From Promethearchaeota archaeon (lineage in GTDB: Archaea > Asgardarchaeota > Lokiarchaeia > Sigyniarchaeales > SOKP01): a stretch of DNA of 38,360 nucleotides. The number at the start of each line of letters is the position of its first letter. Positions within the stretch are counted from its first letter, which is position 1. The notes beneath the pieces are model-generated. The model ran no database searches. It had not been told where the DNA came from and saw only the letters and a list, made by a program, of their open reading frames with translations. The stretch spans positions 1 through 38,360 of the forward strand of contig JBHLMP010000036.1 of NCBI GenBank assembly GCA_048938025.1, given 5' to 3'. Made by a program: the position numbers and the translations under genes. Below, in pieces: positions 28,116 to 37,374 of the stretch.

Positions 28116-30782
28116 TTAATATTTGATGCCCTGAATTATTTTAGGGATTTCAGAAAGTTCTTCTTTATATTTAATATTTAAATTCATTATTCCTTCTATA
28201 ATGTTTTTAATACTTTCCAAACTGTATATTAAAGTTTCTAAATAATCAATAATATCTCCCTTAAATACTATTATTTTGTATTCATTATTTAAATAACTAG
28301 ATATCTCTTCAATAGATAAATTTTCATTAATTCGTAAATTTAGAATTATCTTCTCAAGTTTTAATCTCCCACAATCACAATAGGGATTATCTTTACAATT
28401 ACAATTGAATATATCCCCTGTTAATTTCGTAATAAAATCAATAAATTCATCAGAAAAGGTTTTTCGTTTTTTCACATAATCAGCATTCATTAATGATAAT
28501 ACACTAGCACTAAATAAATTGTTTGAGAGATATTTCATACTAACATTTTTAGCCAAATCAGTAACTATTTTTCTAGCTAAATATACATTTTTAATTGGTT
28601 TGATTTCAAGGGCAATTTCATTAATAGATTTCTCATTCTTTTTTATAATATCTATAATTTCTAAACATTTTTCAATAGATAAGAAAGATTTAGCAATTGC
28701 TTGCCCTAAATGTGTTGATTTTAGAAGAAAATTCTCTTTTATTCTTATTAATTTTAAAGAATTTAGTTTTTTTAGAAAAGAATCTAAATCAAAGTTATCA
28801 TTGATTAAATATGAATAAAACTCATATATTTTATCTTTCGTAATTCCCTCTTTAAATATTGAAATAAATGCTAAAATTTCTGTTAAAGATTTATCATCAT
28901 TAGGAGCTAACTCGAAATCTTTGATTTTTCCATTCAATAATTTAATTGCTATATTTTCTTCGGTTTCTTTCATTTTTGGAGAATAAACTTTTCCAGGTTC
29001 TACAAGAACATACGCAAACCCTAATTCATGTTTTTTTAATCTACCAGCTCTTCCTAACATCTGTTCAAATTCTGCAACTGATAACCAATTTATTCCCATC
29101 GCTAAAGATTCAAATATAACTTGTCTTGCGGGGAGATCTACTCCTGCGGCTAATGCAGCAGTAGCAACTACACCTATGATTTCTTGTGCTTGAAACTCTG
29201 TTTCAATAATTTTTCTTTCCTCGTTCGTTAATCCAGAATGATAAGCTTTTACTTTAATTCCTTTTGTACGAAAATATTGTGTTAAAGATTCACATTTCTT
29301 TCTTGTGTTAGTAAAAATTATTGATTGTCCTTTATACCCATATTGTGATCTTTTTGCGAAAGCTTTTCTGACAATCCTTGCAATAAATTTTTGTTTAATT
29401 GTTTCATTTAAACATAATAATAAATGACGTTCTATAGGAACGGGTCTATTATTATACATAATTAATTCGCAATTTAAATTTTCTGCTAGAAGCTTTGGTT
29501 CTCCAACTGTAGCACTTAAATATAAAAATTGAGCTTCATAAAGAGTCTTTAGGCGAGCAATAAAACCATCCAAAAGAAAACCCCTATCAGGGTCTATAAG
29601 GGTTTGAACTTCGTCGATAATTATAGTTCCAATATTTCCTAATTTTCCTTTATTTCCGCTTCTTAATATGTAATCAATGGCTTCATATGTCGCTATAATA
29701 ATATCGGTATTAATTAGATCATCGATATTGTCATCCTCCTTCTTTTCAAATAAAGATTCTCCTACTCTTTTAAGAATTTTTAAGCCTAGAGGTTTATATA
29801 TCTGTTTAAACTCTTCAGTTCTTATATTAGCTAAAGCTACTATTGGAACTAAGTATAACATTTTTTGGTTCTTGTTTCTAAGTATTTTTGAAACTCCAGC
29901 TAACTCGCCTACTAATGTTTTACCTGCTGAAGTAGGAGCCATAATTAATTGATCATTGTATTCTGATAAAAGTCCCTTTTCAATTGCAATTGATTGGATT
30001 GGTAATAACGTAGAAATATTCTGATTTTTCAATAATGTTTTAAATGATGGAGTGATATCCAATTTTTCTACTTTATAATCAAGATATTTCTTACTAATAG
30101 TAGGGCTTTTCTCTATATCATATAAAGTTACATCTCTATTCAAAATTGGATCGAAATCAGATTTAAATGCCAAAATGACTTTATTAATATCCTTAAATTT
30201 CAGTATCATATGGTGAAAGAAATTTTTTAATTTAGGACTAACTTGTCCTTCAGAGAATAAGCCTGAGAGTTTTGCTTGGCTAAGAATAATATTATATGCA
30301 CAATCAGAGCAAATTATTTGATTTTTCAAAGATTTAATTTGAAAGCCTTCATTCAAAATTGTGAATTTCTGTTCATCCAAGCATGAATTACAGAATGTTA
30401 AATTGACTATCTTATTCTTATCAAATTGAAAATTATTTAACATTTCTTTTACTGGTAGAATGTCTTCCGAAGGAGTTTGACTCGAAAAAGCAATGAATTT
30501 ATTCTCATCTGATAATAAAAATTTCTTAAAAATACGTGGATTTACAGGGATAATTGCTCCATCCTTGTCAATTTTGTTAAAACTTAATGGGCGCATTTTA
30601 TTCTTGAAATCTAGCCCAAAAATAACGCTTCCTCTAAAAAATGGTTCATTTACATAAGAAAAATTAAAATTTCGTTGCTTAAATGATTTTAAATAAAAGA
30701 AATTTACATTGAAAACTAATTCTTTCTTAGATTCACGATTTTTATCTAAAACCATGAAAAATTTCTTTAAAGGAAAAGTCAA
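28116..30782 (-). CDS. Archaeal SF2 DEAD/DEAH-box helicase (DUF5814/COG1202 type)
   Basis: LLPIQ, APTSAGKTLVGELAG, LVPIVALAN, DEVQ, LSATVG, RPVPIERH, YHSGL, TAALAAGVD, QMLGRAGR; Zn sites CNSC/CSDC and CNCKDNPYCDCG. Confidence 0.92.
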   Translation of the reverse strand: MTFPLKKFFMVLDKNRESKKELVFNVNFFYLKSFKQRNFNFSYVNEPFFRGSVIFGLDFKNKMRPLSFNKIDKDGAIIPVNPRIFKKFLLSDENKFIAFSSQTPSEDILPVKEMLNNFQFDKNKIVNLTFCNSCLDEQKFTILNEGFQIKSLKNQIICSDCAYNIILSQAKLSGLFSEGQVSPKLKNFFHHMILKFKDINKVILAFKSDFDPILNRDVTLYDIEKSPTISKKYLDYKVEKLDITPSFKTLLKNQNISTLLPIQSIAIEKGLLSEYNDQLIMAPTSAGKTLVGELAGVSKILRNKNQKMLYLVPIVALANIRTEEFKQIYKPLGLKILKRVGESLFEKKEDDNIDDLINTDIIIATYEAIDYILRSGNKGKLGNIGTIIIDEVQTLIDPDRGFLLDGFIARLKTLYEAQFLYLSATVGEPKLLAENLNCELIMYNNRPVPIERHLLLCLNETIKQKFIARIVRKAFAKRSQYGYKGQSIIFTNTRKKCESLTQYFRTKGIKVKAYHSGLTNEERKIIETEFQAQEIIGVVATAALAAGVDLPARQVIFESLAMGINWLSVAEFEQMLGRAGRLKKHELGFAYVLVEPGKVYSPKMKETEENIAIKLLNGKIKDFELAPNDDKSLTEILAFISIFKEGITKDKIYEFYSYLINDNFDLDSFLKKLNSLKLIRIKENFLLKSTHLGQAIAKSFLSIEKCLEIIDIIKKNEKSINEIALEIKPIKNVYLARKIVTDLAKNVSMKYLSNNLFSASVLSLMNADYVKKRKTFSDEFIDFITKLTGDIFNCNCKDNPYCDCGRLKLEKIILNLRINENLSIEEISSYLNNEYKIIVFKGDIIDYLETLIYSLESIKNIIEGIMNLNIKYKEELSEIPKIIQGIKY

Positions 30783-30840
30783 ATTAAAACACTTTTATAT
30801 TCTACAAATAAACCAGAATAAATAATATAAAAAAATTTCG

Positions 30841-31002
30841 TTAGAATCCAAATACTGCCTTGATTTTATCATAGATTTCCTTAATTTCCCTAAGTTTAGC
30901 TTCATCCCCTTGGTTTAAAAAATGTTCAATCCATTGTTGCAAACCTTTGTTGTTTATCCATTCAAGAAAATATTCTACCGCTTGTCTATCCTCAGCAGAC
31001 AT
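30841..31002 (-). CDS. Small helical hypothetical protein (53 aa)
   Basis: Not in the ORF track. MSAEDRQAVEYFLEWINNKGLQQWIEHFLNQGDEAKLREIKEIYDKIKAVFGF; ATG start, GC-richer than flanks, fills the gap upstream of the helicase on the same strand. Confidence 0.7.
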   Translation of the reverse strand: MSAEDRQAVEYFLEWINNKGLQQWIEHFLNQGDEAKLREIKEIYDKIKAVFGF

Positions 31003-31239
31003 TTTTAAACTTTTACTTCCTATTTGTTTATTAATTGTTTTAGATTATGAATTCTATTCTATATAAAAATATAAATTAATCTATTTTAAAATTAATCTAT
31101 TTTATGAATTTGTGTTCTTTTATCTGATTAAAGATAGAAAAAAATATTCTATTGAAATTGAGAAGGAGTTATAAATAATTCTATTTTATATTTTTATAAT
31201 TTCAATTCATAAAAAAAAACTATTTAAAAAAATTCTTAG

Positions 31240-32211
31240 GTGATTAGAAAAGTGCCAGATGTGCGTATAAAAACACCTAATTTAGATGATATTTTCGAAA
31301 AATGGAAGCAACGTGCTGTAAGACAAGATCGCAAAAAAATGGAAAGGCAATTTGGAACAAAAGGAGCTTTATTCTCCTTAGATGCGATAAGTGCCGCAGA
31401 ATATGTAAAAGATACTATGAAGGAAGCCGCAATATATTTTGCTGTTAAAAAAACACTTGGAGCAGTTCCCAAAGGAAAAGATGAAAATACTGTTATGGCG
31501 CCCAAAGTGAGCAGGGAAACGTATTATTCTTTTAAAGGTGCTGGTAAAATAAGTAAAGAAAATTGGAAAGATGATGAAAAAGTATCTATGTATGAGTCAA
31601 TTCAAGCAGTTCCATGTAAAACATGTAAAGGTAAAGGCTACATTGATAACAAATGTAAAACATGCAAAGGAACTGGAAAAATAGAAGAAAATTTGATGGT
31701 TTTAGTAGGGGAGGAACAAAATAAGGAAAAAAAACTATTCTCATATCCATGTGCTGCCTGTTATGGTACAGGAAATAGACAGGAGCAATGCAAAGAATGT
31801 GGAGGTCACAAAAATTTGTATAAATATGAAATTCTTCCTGTTCCTTTCCAAACAGTAGTTACTGGAGTTCCTATACTTCATAGCTCTGCCCAAACGAAAT
31901 ATGAGAAGGAAATTGGAGAAGATCTTCATAAAATGATAGAAGAAGTAGAAGGCATCAGATTTACTGAGTTTAAAGAGTTAGAATCTAAAGTAGAACCCTC
32001 TCTTGGTTATATGAATAAGAATATTAAAAAAACTATATCTGCCGCAGCAAATGATTATAAAACCCATCAGAAGGATAAAGATTCGCAAATCACTACTCAG
32101 ATCTACCTTTTTCCTATGATTCAAATGTTTTGCGAGACAAAAAAAGGTTCTAAATTCGAAATTTATAGTCTAGGTTCAGGTAACAAATTTATGGTCTATT
32201 CAAATTTTTAA
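31240..32211 (+). CDS. DnaJ-type CxxCxGxG Zn-finger protein without J domain (SSUH2-like)
   Basis: CKTCKGKG, CKTCKGTG, CAACYGTG, CKECGG; no HPD motif. Confidence 0.75.
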   Translation: MIRKVPDVRIKTPNLDDIFEKWKQRAVRQDRKKMERQFGTKGALFSLDAISAAEYVKDTMKEAAIYFAVKKTLGAVPKGKDENTVMAPKVSRETYYSFKGAGKISKENWKDDEKVSMYESIQAVPCKTCKGKGYIDNKCKTCKGTGKIEENLMVLVGEEQNKEKKLFSYPCAACYGTGNRQEQCKECGGHKNLYKYEILPVPFQTVVTGVPILHSSAQTKYEKEIGEDLHKMIEEVEGIRFTEFKELESKVEPSLGYMNKNIKKTISAAANDYKTHQKDKDSQITTQIYLFPMIQMFCETKKGSKFEIYSLGSGNKFMVYSNF

Positions 32212-32219
32212 AAATCCTA

Positions 32220-32250
32220 TTTTTTTACTTTATTTTTTGTAATTTTTTAT
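32220..32250 (+). terminator. Oligo-T terminator region
   Basis: Successive T6-T7 tracts just after the stop at 32211. Confidence 0.5.
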
Positions 32251-32377
32251 TTATTTATCCTAATTTATATGAAATATTTAGGGATCTTTGATTTATCTAT
32301 TTGAGAACCCATTGTAAACCTTCATGAAATGTACTTTATCAAACCAAATAACAAGGTAATAAAAAGAAGAAAATATA

Positions 32378-33679
32378 TTATTCTTGAGTTTTATCAGATA
32401 TTTTTTTTTCCTCTGTAAATTCTAAAACATCTTTGTTGTTTTCATAAAACTTTATAAAATGATAAGGTACATCTTCAGGAAATTTCCTAATCTCTTCTAT
32501 AATTTTTTCATAGTCAGTTTCATCTATAATAATATCTCTTAACTTATTTTCTAATTCCTGTGGAATCTCTTTAAATTTTGCAATTAAATATAAAGCATCC
32601 TTCTTGCTGGATATTAATTTTGATGGAAAATTGGAGAAATACTTATCGATTAGTTCATAAGCTCCATCATATTCTTCCATATTTTTACATGAATTCTTTA
32701 ATAACCTTGAAAACTTTTCTTCAAACTCATTTGCAAAGTTAATTACAGAAGTTCGCAATAATTTAGACGATTTAGAGGCAACTAAACCAACAGAAACATA
32801 TCGTGATTCTCGTAAGATTAGAATTCCATCAGTTAAGACTATATCTAATACCCCACCTTTCTGTATTACATCCTCACTCATTAATTGCACAGCATTAATA
32901 AACCCTGTAAACATCGATTCACTAATTCTTGATTCTGACCAATCATGATCAAATAAAGGAAAACCATCCCTATCTTTAACTACAATTCGATCAATTTCAA
33001 ACGGTAAGATGTAAAGAAGTTTTGGCTGTCTAATGATTGAAAAGGTAAATCCGCAGGCTCCAAAAGCCCATGTAAAATCCGCTATTACAATAAAAATAGG
33101 CTCTAAATAATAAAAGAAATATAGAATTAATGTAATGATTGATGCTATTGTTAATGCCAAGAAAAAGGTAACTACCTCTGTTTTTATTAAAAAAGGGGCA
33201 TTTCTTAAGGTTTCTATCGCCCACACAAACGAATAAATTAGCATAATTGAAAGTACTAAGTCGCTTATAATACTGTAAATACCAATAAGTTTAGTTATAT
33301 CATATCCTTCTTCGACCCCAAAAATTGCAACCTTTGTTAGGAATGGAAGGATTAGTAGTAGTATTGATAATATAATCACAACCATTAAAGTAACTGAATA
33401 TAGCTGATCCTTCCGGCTATAGTTTATTCCCATATAAAAGAAAATCACTCCTACTGCCAACGGAATGTTGTAAAACCTTGTTATTGCTAAACTTAAGAAC
33501 AGAGTGGAAAATGCTTCAAATAGAAAAAACAGTGAGAAGAAAATCCATGCCAAACTAAAATATATGACTGTGCGTATTTTCTTTGTCCTCGGTGATGTAA
33601 ACATAAGCACCGCTAGCATAACTAGTATACTAGTATTAATAAAATCAGCAATAACTTCCGGTGTCCAATTTAATGCCAT
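32378..33679 (-). CDS. 7-TM membrane protein fused to C-terminal longin-like domain
   Basis: Seven hydrophobic segments in aa ~9-216, then IDRIVVKDRDGFPLFDHDW...MFTGFINAVQLMSEDVIQKGGVLDIVLTDGILILRESRYVSVGLVA...FANEFEEKF. Confidence 0.75.
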   Translation of the reverse strand: MALNWTPEVIADFINTSILVMLAVLMFTSPRTKKIRTVIYFSLAWIFFSLFFLFEAFSTLFLSLAITRFYNIPLAVGVIFFYMGINYSRKDQLYSVTLMVVIILSILLLILPFLTKVAIFGVEEGYDITKLIGIYSIISDLVLSIMLIYSFVWAIETLRNAPFLIKTEVVTFFLALTIASIITLILYFFYYLEPIFIVIADFTWAFGACGFTFSIIRQPKLLYILPFEIDRIVVKDRDGFPLFDHDWSESRISESMFTGFINAVQLMSEDVIQKGGVLDIVLTDGILILRESRYVSVGLVASKSSKLLRTSVINFANEFEEKFSRLLKNSCKNMEEYDGAYELIDKYFSNFPSKLISSKKDALYLIAKFKEIPQELENKLRDIIIDETDYEKIIEEIRKFPEDVPYHFIKFYENNKDVLEFTEEKKISDKTQE

Positions 33680-33686
33680 TTTGTAT

Positions 33687-34415
33687 TCACTTCGATTTAT
33701 TAGTTATAAATTTATCTTTTGATCTCTTCTCTAAATCATTAATAATGGATTCAAATAATAAAACTTTCCTAGGATTAATAGAGACGATTTTATCTTCCTT
33801 AAGTTCAATTAACTTATCATCTATTAGATTATTTAGATGATAATACACTAATTCACGGGATTCTGCTAGGTCTTTATAGATATTCGATCTTTTTAATTCT
33901 TTTTTTTCTAATAATAACTTTACAATTCTAAAGTTTAACTCGTCTCTCAGTACAAAATAAATAATTCCAACCTCATCGTCAATGTCTATGGGAAGAAAGA
34001 GCAAATATTTCTTTAATTTTATAGATTTTACATAATTAAATTTTAATAACATATCTATATGCCACAGTAATTGTCCAGTCCCTATGTTTTCAGATTGAAA
34101 ATGGTCTCGAATGGTAGATAAATGGACCCCTATATTATCATTTATAAAATAATAAATTGCCTCTCTAAGAGGGTGTTCTAAAATGGAATATTTTGTAAAG
34201 TGTGATTGGTCAACCAACACCTTCTTATTCACTAAGTATTGAATGATCACTTTTAACCCTTTTTGAGGGATTTTTAACTTTCGTCTTGCCCTATAATATA
34301 AATTTTCGAGGGATAGTAATTTATTTGCCGCAACAATTTCCTCGGCGAGCTCTATCACACTTAGAACATTTGGATGTCTTAAACTAAGGTTCGAGACGAT
34401 TGATACTTTATTCAT
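33687..34415 (-). CDS. Tandem winged-helix transcriptional regulator (ArsR-like/COG3398-like)
   Basis: REAIYYFINDNIGVHLSTIR...GQLLWHIDML and IVKLL...RSNIYKDLAESRELVYYHLNNL; 7 nt upstream of the 7TM-longin gene. Confidence 0.8.
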   Translation of the reverse strand: MNKVSIVSNLSLRHPNVLSVIELAEEIVAANKLLSLENLYYRARRKLKIPQKGLKVIIQYLVNKKVLVDQSHFTKYSILEHPLREAIYYFINDNIGVHLSTIRDHFQSENIGTGQLLWHIDMLLKFNYVKSIKLKKYLLFLPIDIDDEVGIIYFVLRDELNFRIVKLLLEKKELKRSNIYKDLAESRELVYYHLNNLIDDKLIELKEDKIVSINPRKVLLFESIINDLEKRSKDKFITNKSK

Positions 34416-34842
34416 ACTATCAATTGGATTAGTAGTCTTTGAGATCTGAATCTTATTATATCATATTATATTCCAAACTTATTTAAGCATTTTTGTAAAA
34501 AATTATTCCTTATTGATTTAAATATTAACAATATTGTATAAATAACAATCTTTGATCGCTATTTTTTTATAAGAGAATCTAAGGAGGGTTTCCAATGTCT
34601 TTCTTTTTTCTCTTATTTTAGTTATCTTAAGTACCTAATTATCTTAAAAAGCCGTTTGGTCTCGTAGAAAATCGAGTTGTAAAAAATCATTCCATATTGA
34701 TTTAAGTATAATACGAAGCATTTATTAAATGGTAATTATAAGGAATCCGAATTTTTCCTTTAAATATAACTGTTGAAATATTTTTTTGATAGTTATATAA
34801 AATTGTCAAAATCTAAAAACAATAATTTACAGAACAAAGGAA

Positions 34843-37374
34843 GTGAAAAATATGAAAAAAATACAAAAAAATAAACATCTAAGGTTAACTTATTTGTTTC
34901 TTGCAACCATTATGACTACTGCTTTACTCACAGGAGTAATACACACAAATTCTCGTCTTATTCCTAGCTATGAAGTACCACATAATTCTTCTTCTTATCA
35001 ATACCATGAAGATTTCTTTTCTACAGATTATATGGAAATCTCAAATACCACAGCAGAGGGATGGGGTATGGGTAATTTAACACTTCCCGAGAAAAATTTC
35101 ATACTAAGCCAAATAAATGAAGGACATCAGGATATATTTTTAGAAGGAGAAATTGCTTATATAAGTACACTTTTTGGGGTTTATATTTATGATGTCAGCA
35201 ATCCTTATTCACCATTATTATTAGGATACAATTCAACTGAATTTACACTAGAAAATATCTATGTGGATCGTGGTTATTTGTTCGGAGCATCATGGTATTG
35301 GGATGAAGGAGTTTTTGTATATGATGTTAGTGATACACAAGATATTTCCTTAGTAACCTATATAGATAATTATGTAGTGGACTCATATTGGGATGAGCAA
35401 ATATGCCCTGTAGATATTTGGGTCTTAAATGAAGGATTTTGGCGGTTGTTTGTATGGGATGAGTACCATGGACTTATATCATTAATATTTGCCGAACCAG
35501 ATTTACTTATTCAAGCGGGAGGGTATGATCCGTTTGATGATGGTGGTACATTTAACAGTTGGGCTTCTGGAGAAAGTTCACTCTATATTCAAGGAGATAT
35601 AGCGTATGCATCCTCCACTGGTGGATTAGAGATTATAGATATCAGTGATAGAGATAATCCTATTGGTTTGAGCCAATATGCCTATGGTAGATGTCTAACA
35701 CATCCTTTTGTGTCAGGAGAGTTAGCTTATATTGGGTCAGTTAAACCTACCCATCCTTACGAATTTGAATTTTTAGAAATTGTAAATGTGTCTGATCCTA
35801 GTAACCCATATCGTGTTGGTGTTTCAGAAACTCTCCGATTCTATGACATATCATATATACGAGTGGTAGGCAATAAAGCGTACACTGGATTCAGCAAAAG
35901 AGTGAGTGATGATCCAAATCCTTATGGGTATTATCCTTTTGAACATGGCTTTAGTATCTTCGATATCAGCGACCCTACTAATATAACGCTTACATATTCA
36001 TTCACATCTTACAGTAATTCTATGCCCGTATCATGGAATTATCAAGGTTATTACACTATCTTGATTTCAGGCAATTACGCATATATGTCTGATGGACCTC
36101 ATTTCTTTATTGTAGACATTAGTCTAATCGGTCAATATGAATCCGAAGCTGTAGCACAATCTACAGAAATTTTTTCAGGTTCAAACACAGAAATATTGTC
36201 TCAGGCAACCTTAGCAGTCTCTGCAAGCATTCCAGGAGGTACAAGCTTATCGTATTATCTTTCATCTGATAATGGAACACACTGGGAGCAAGTTACCCTT
36301 GGTCTAGCTCACTTATTTACGAATATCGGTAATATCTTGAAATGGCGAATCTCTCTGTCTTCGAGTGCTCTGTATTCAACACCACGATTATATTCCTTAG
36401 ACATTTCCTATGATACAGTCTTGATCGCTCCCACTTTGATTACTCCAGTTGAGGATGAATTAACTAGTAACCCCAATCCATATTTTGAATGGCAGACATT
36501 ATCAGGAGCAATCAGTTATTTATTTCAACTCGATACTTCAACTAGCTTTACTACACAAAATCTCATTAATCTTACAACTAATAATCATTATTACACTCCT
36601 ATAACTCCCTTAGACGACGGAATTTGGTATTGGAGAGTTGCTGCAATAGATTCAGAGGGAGATATAGGAATCTTCTCAAATCATCGAACTTTGATCGTAG
36701 ATGCTCCTCCAGGCATTCCTATTTTGATAGACCCAGACGATGAGAGCTATATAAATTTGCTAAGACCAACATTCTCATGGATCAGTGTATCTGATGCAGT
36801 AAATTATACATTACAACTAGACACTTCTATTTCCTTTTCATCAATAGATCTAATAAATTATACTGGGATTACATCTACAAGCTTTCAGATAGGTTCAGAT
36901 TTATATGATGATGAATGGTATTGGAGAGTGTGTGCTTTTGATTCCAGTGGAAATCAGGGAATATATTCAAATATATCCTCACTCATAGTTGATACAATTA
37001 TTCCAACGATTGATCATCCAGAGGATATTTCATATACGCAAGGTAGTTCAGGGAACACGATTATATGGAATGGATTTGATATACATCCAAGTTCTTACAT
37101 TATAACTAGAGATGCAATTACATTACGGGAAGGTCTTTGGACCGGGAATTCGATCACTATAAATATTGATGGATTATCTATTGGTACTTACTCATTTAAT
37201 TGTACGGTAATTGATAAGGCTGGAAATTTTAGAAGTGATATTGTTATCGTTAAAGTATCATCAAAACAACAACCAAAACTGTTACCAATAATCATAGGAA
37301 CCAGTGTAGCAGTGACAATCGCAGTAATATCAATTCCATTAATCATCAAAAAACTTAGGAGAAGAGAGAAGTAA
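34843..37374 (+). CDS. Cell-surface protein: signal/anchor, LVIVD-repeat beta-propeller, two FN3/Ig-like repeats, Ig-like domain, C-terminal TM
   Basis: IYDVSNPYSP, VYDVSD, LEIIDISDRDNP, LEIVNVSDPSNP, IFDISDPTN repeats; duplicated P.F.W...Y..QLDTS.SF...WYWRV.A.D domain; TM plus KKLRRREK. Confidence 0.85.
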   Translation: MKNMKKIQKNKHLRLTYLFLATIMTTALLTGVIHTNSRLIPSYEVPHNSSSYQYHEDFFSTDYMEISNTTAEGWGMGNLTLPEKNFILSQINEGHQDIFLEGEIAYISTLFGVYIYDVSNPYSPLLLGYNSTEFTLENIYVDRGYLFGASWYWDEGVFVYDVSDTQDISLVTYIDNYVVDSYWDEQICPVDIWVLNEGFWRLFVWDEYHGLISLIFAEPDLLIQAGGYDPFDDGGTFNSWASGESSLYIQGDIAYASSTGGLEIIDISDRDNPIGLSQYAYGRCLTHPFVSGELAYIGSVKPTHPYEFEFLEIVNVSDPSNPYRVGVSETLRFYDISYIRVVGNKAYTGFSKRVSDDPNPYGYYPFEHGFSIFDISDPTNITLTYSFTSYSNSMPVSWNYQGYYTILISGNYAYMSDGPHFFIVDISLIGQYESEAVAQSTEIFSGSNTEILSQATLAVSASIPGGTSLSYYLSSDNGTHWEQVTLGLAHLFTNIGNILKWRISLSSSALYSTPRLYSLDISYDTVLIAPTLITPVEDELTSNPNPYFEWQTLSGAISYLFQLDTSTSFTTQNLINLTTNNHYYTPITPLDDGIWYWRVAAIDSEGDIGIFSNHRTLIVDAPPGIPILIDPDDESYINLLRPTFSWISVSDAVNYTLQLDTSISFSSIDLINYTGITSTSFQIGSDLYDDEWYWRVCAFDSSGNQGIYSNISSLIVDTIIPTIDHPEDISYTQGSSGNTIIWNGFDIHPSSYIITRDAITLREGLWTGNSITINIDGLSIGTYSFNCTVIDKAGNFRSDIVIVKVSSKQQPKLLPIIIGTSVAVTIAVISIPLIIKKLRRREK

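Noticed and set aside
32250-32377. Possible coding remnant (minus-strand STFHEGLQWVLK) in the convergent gap
   Set aside because: Too short, bounded by stops, no start codon
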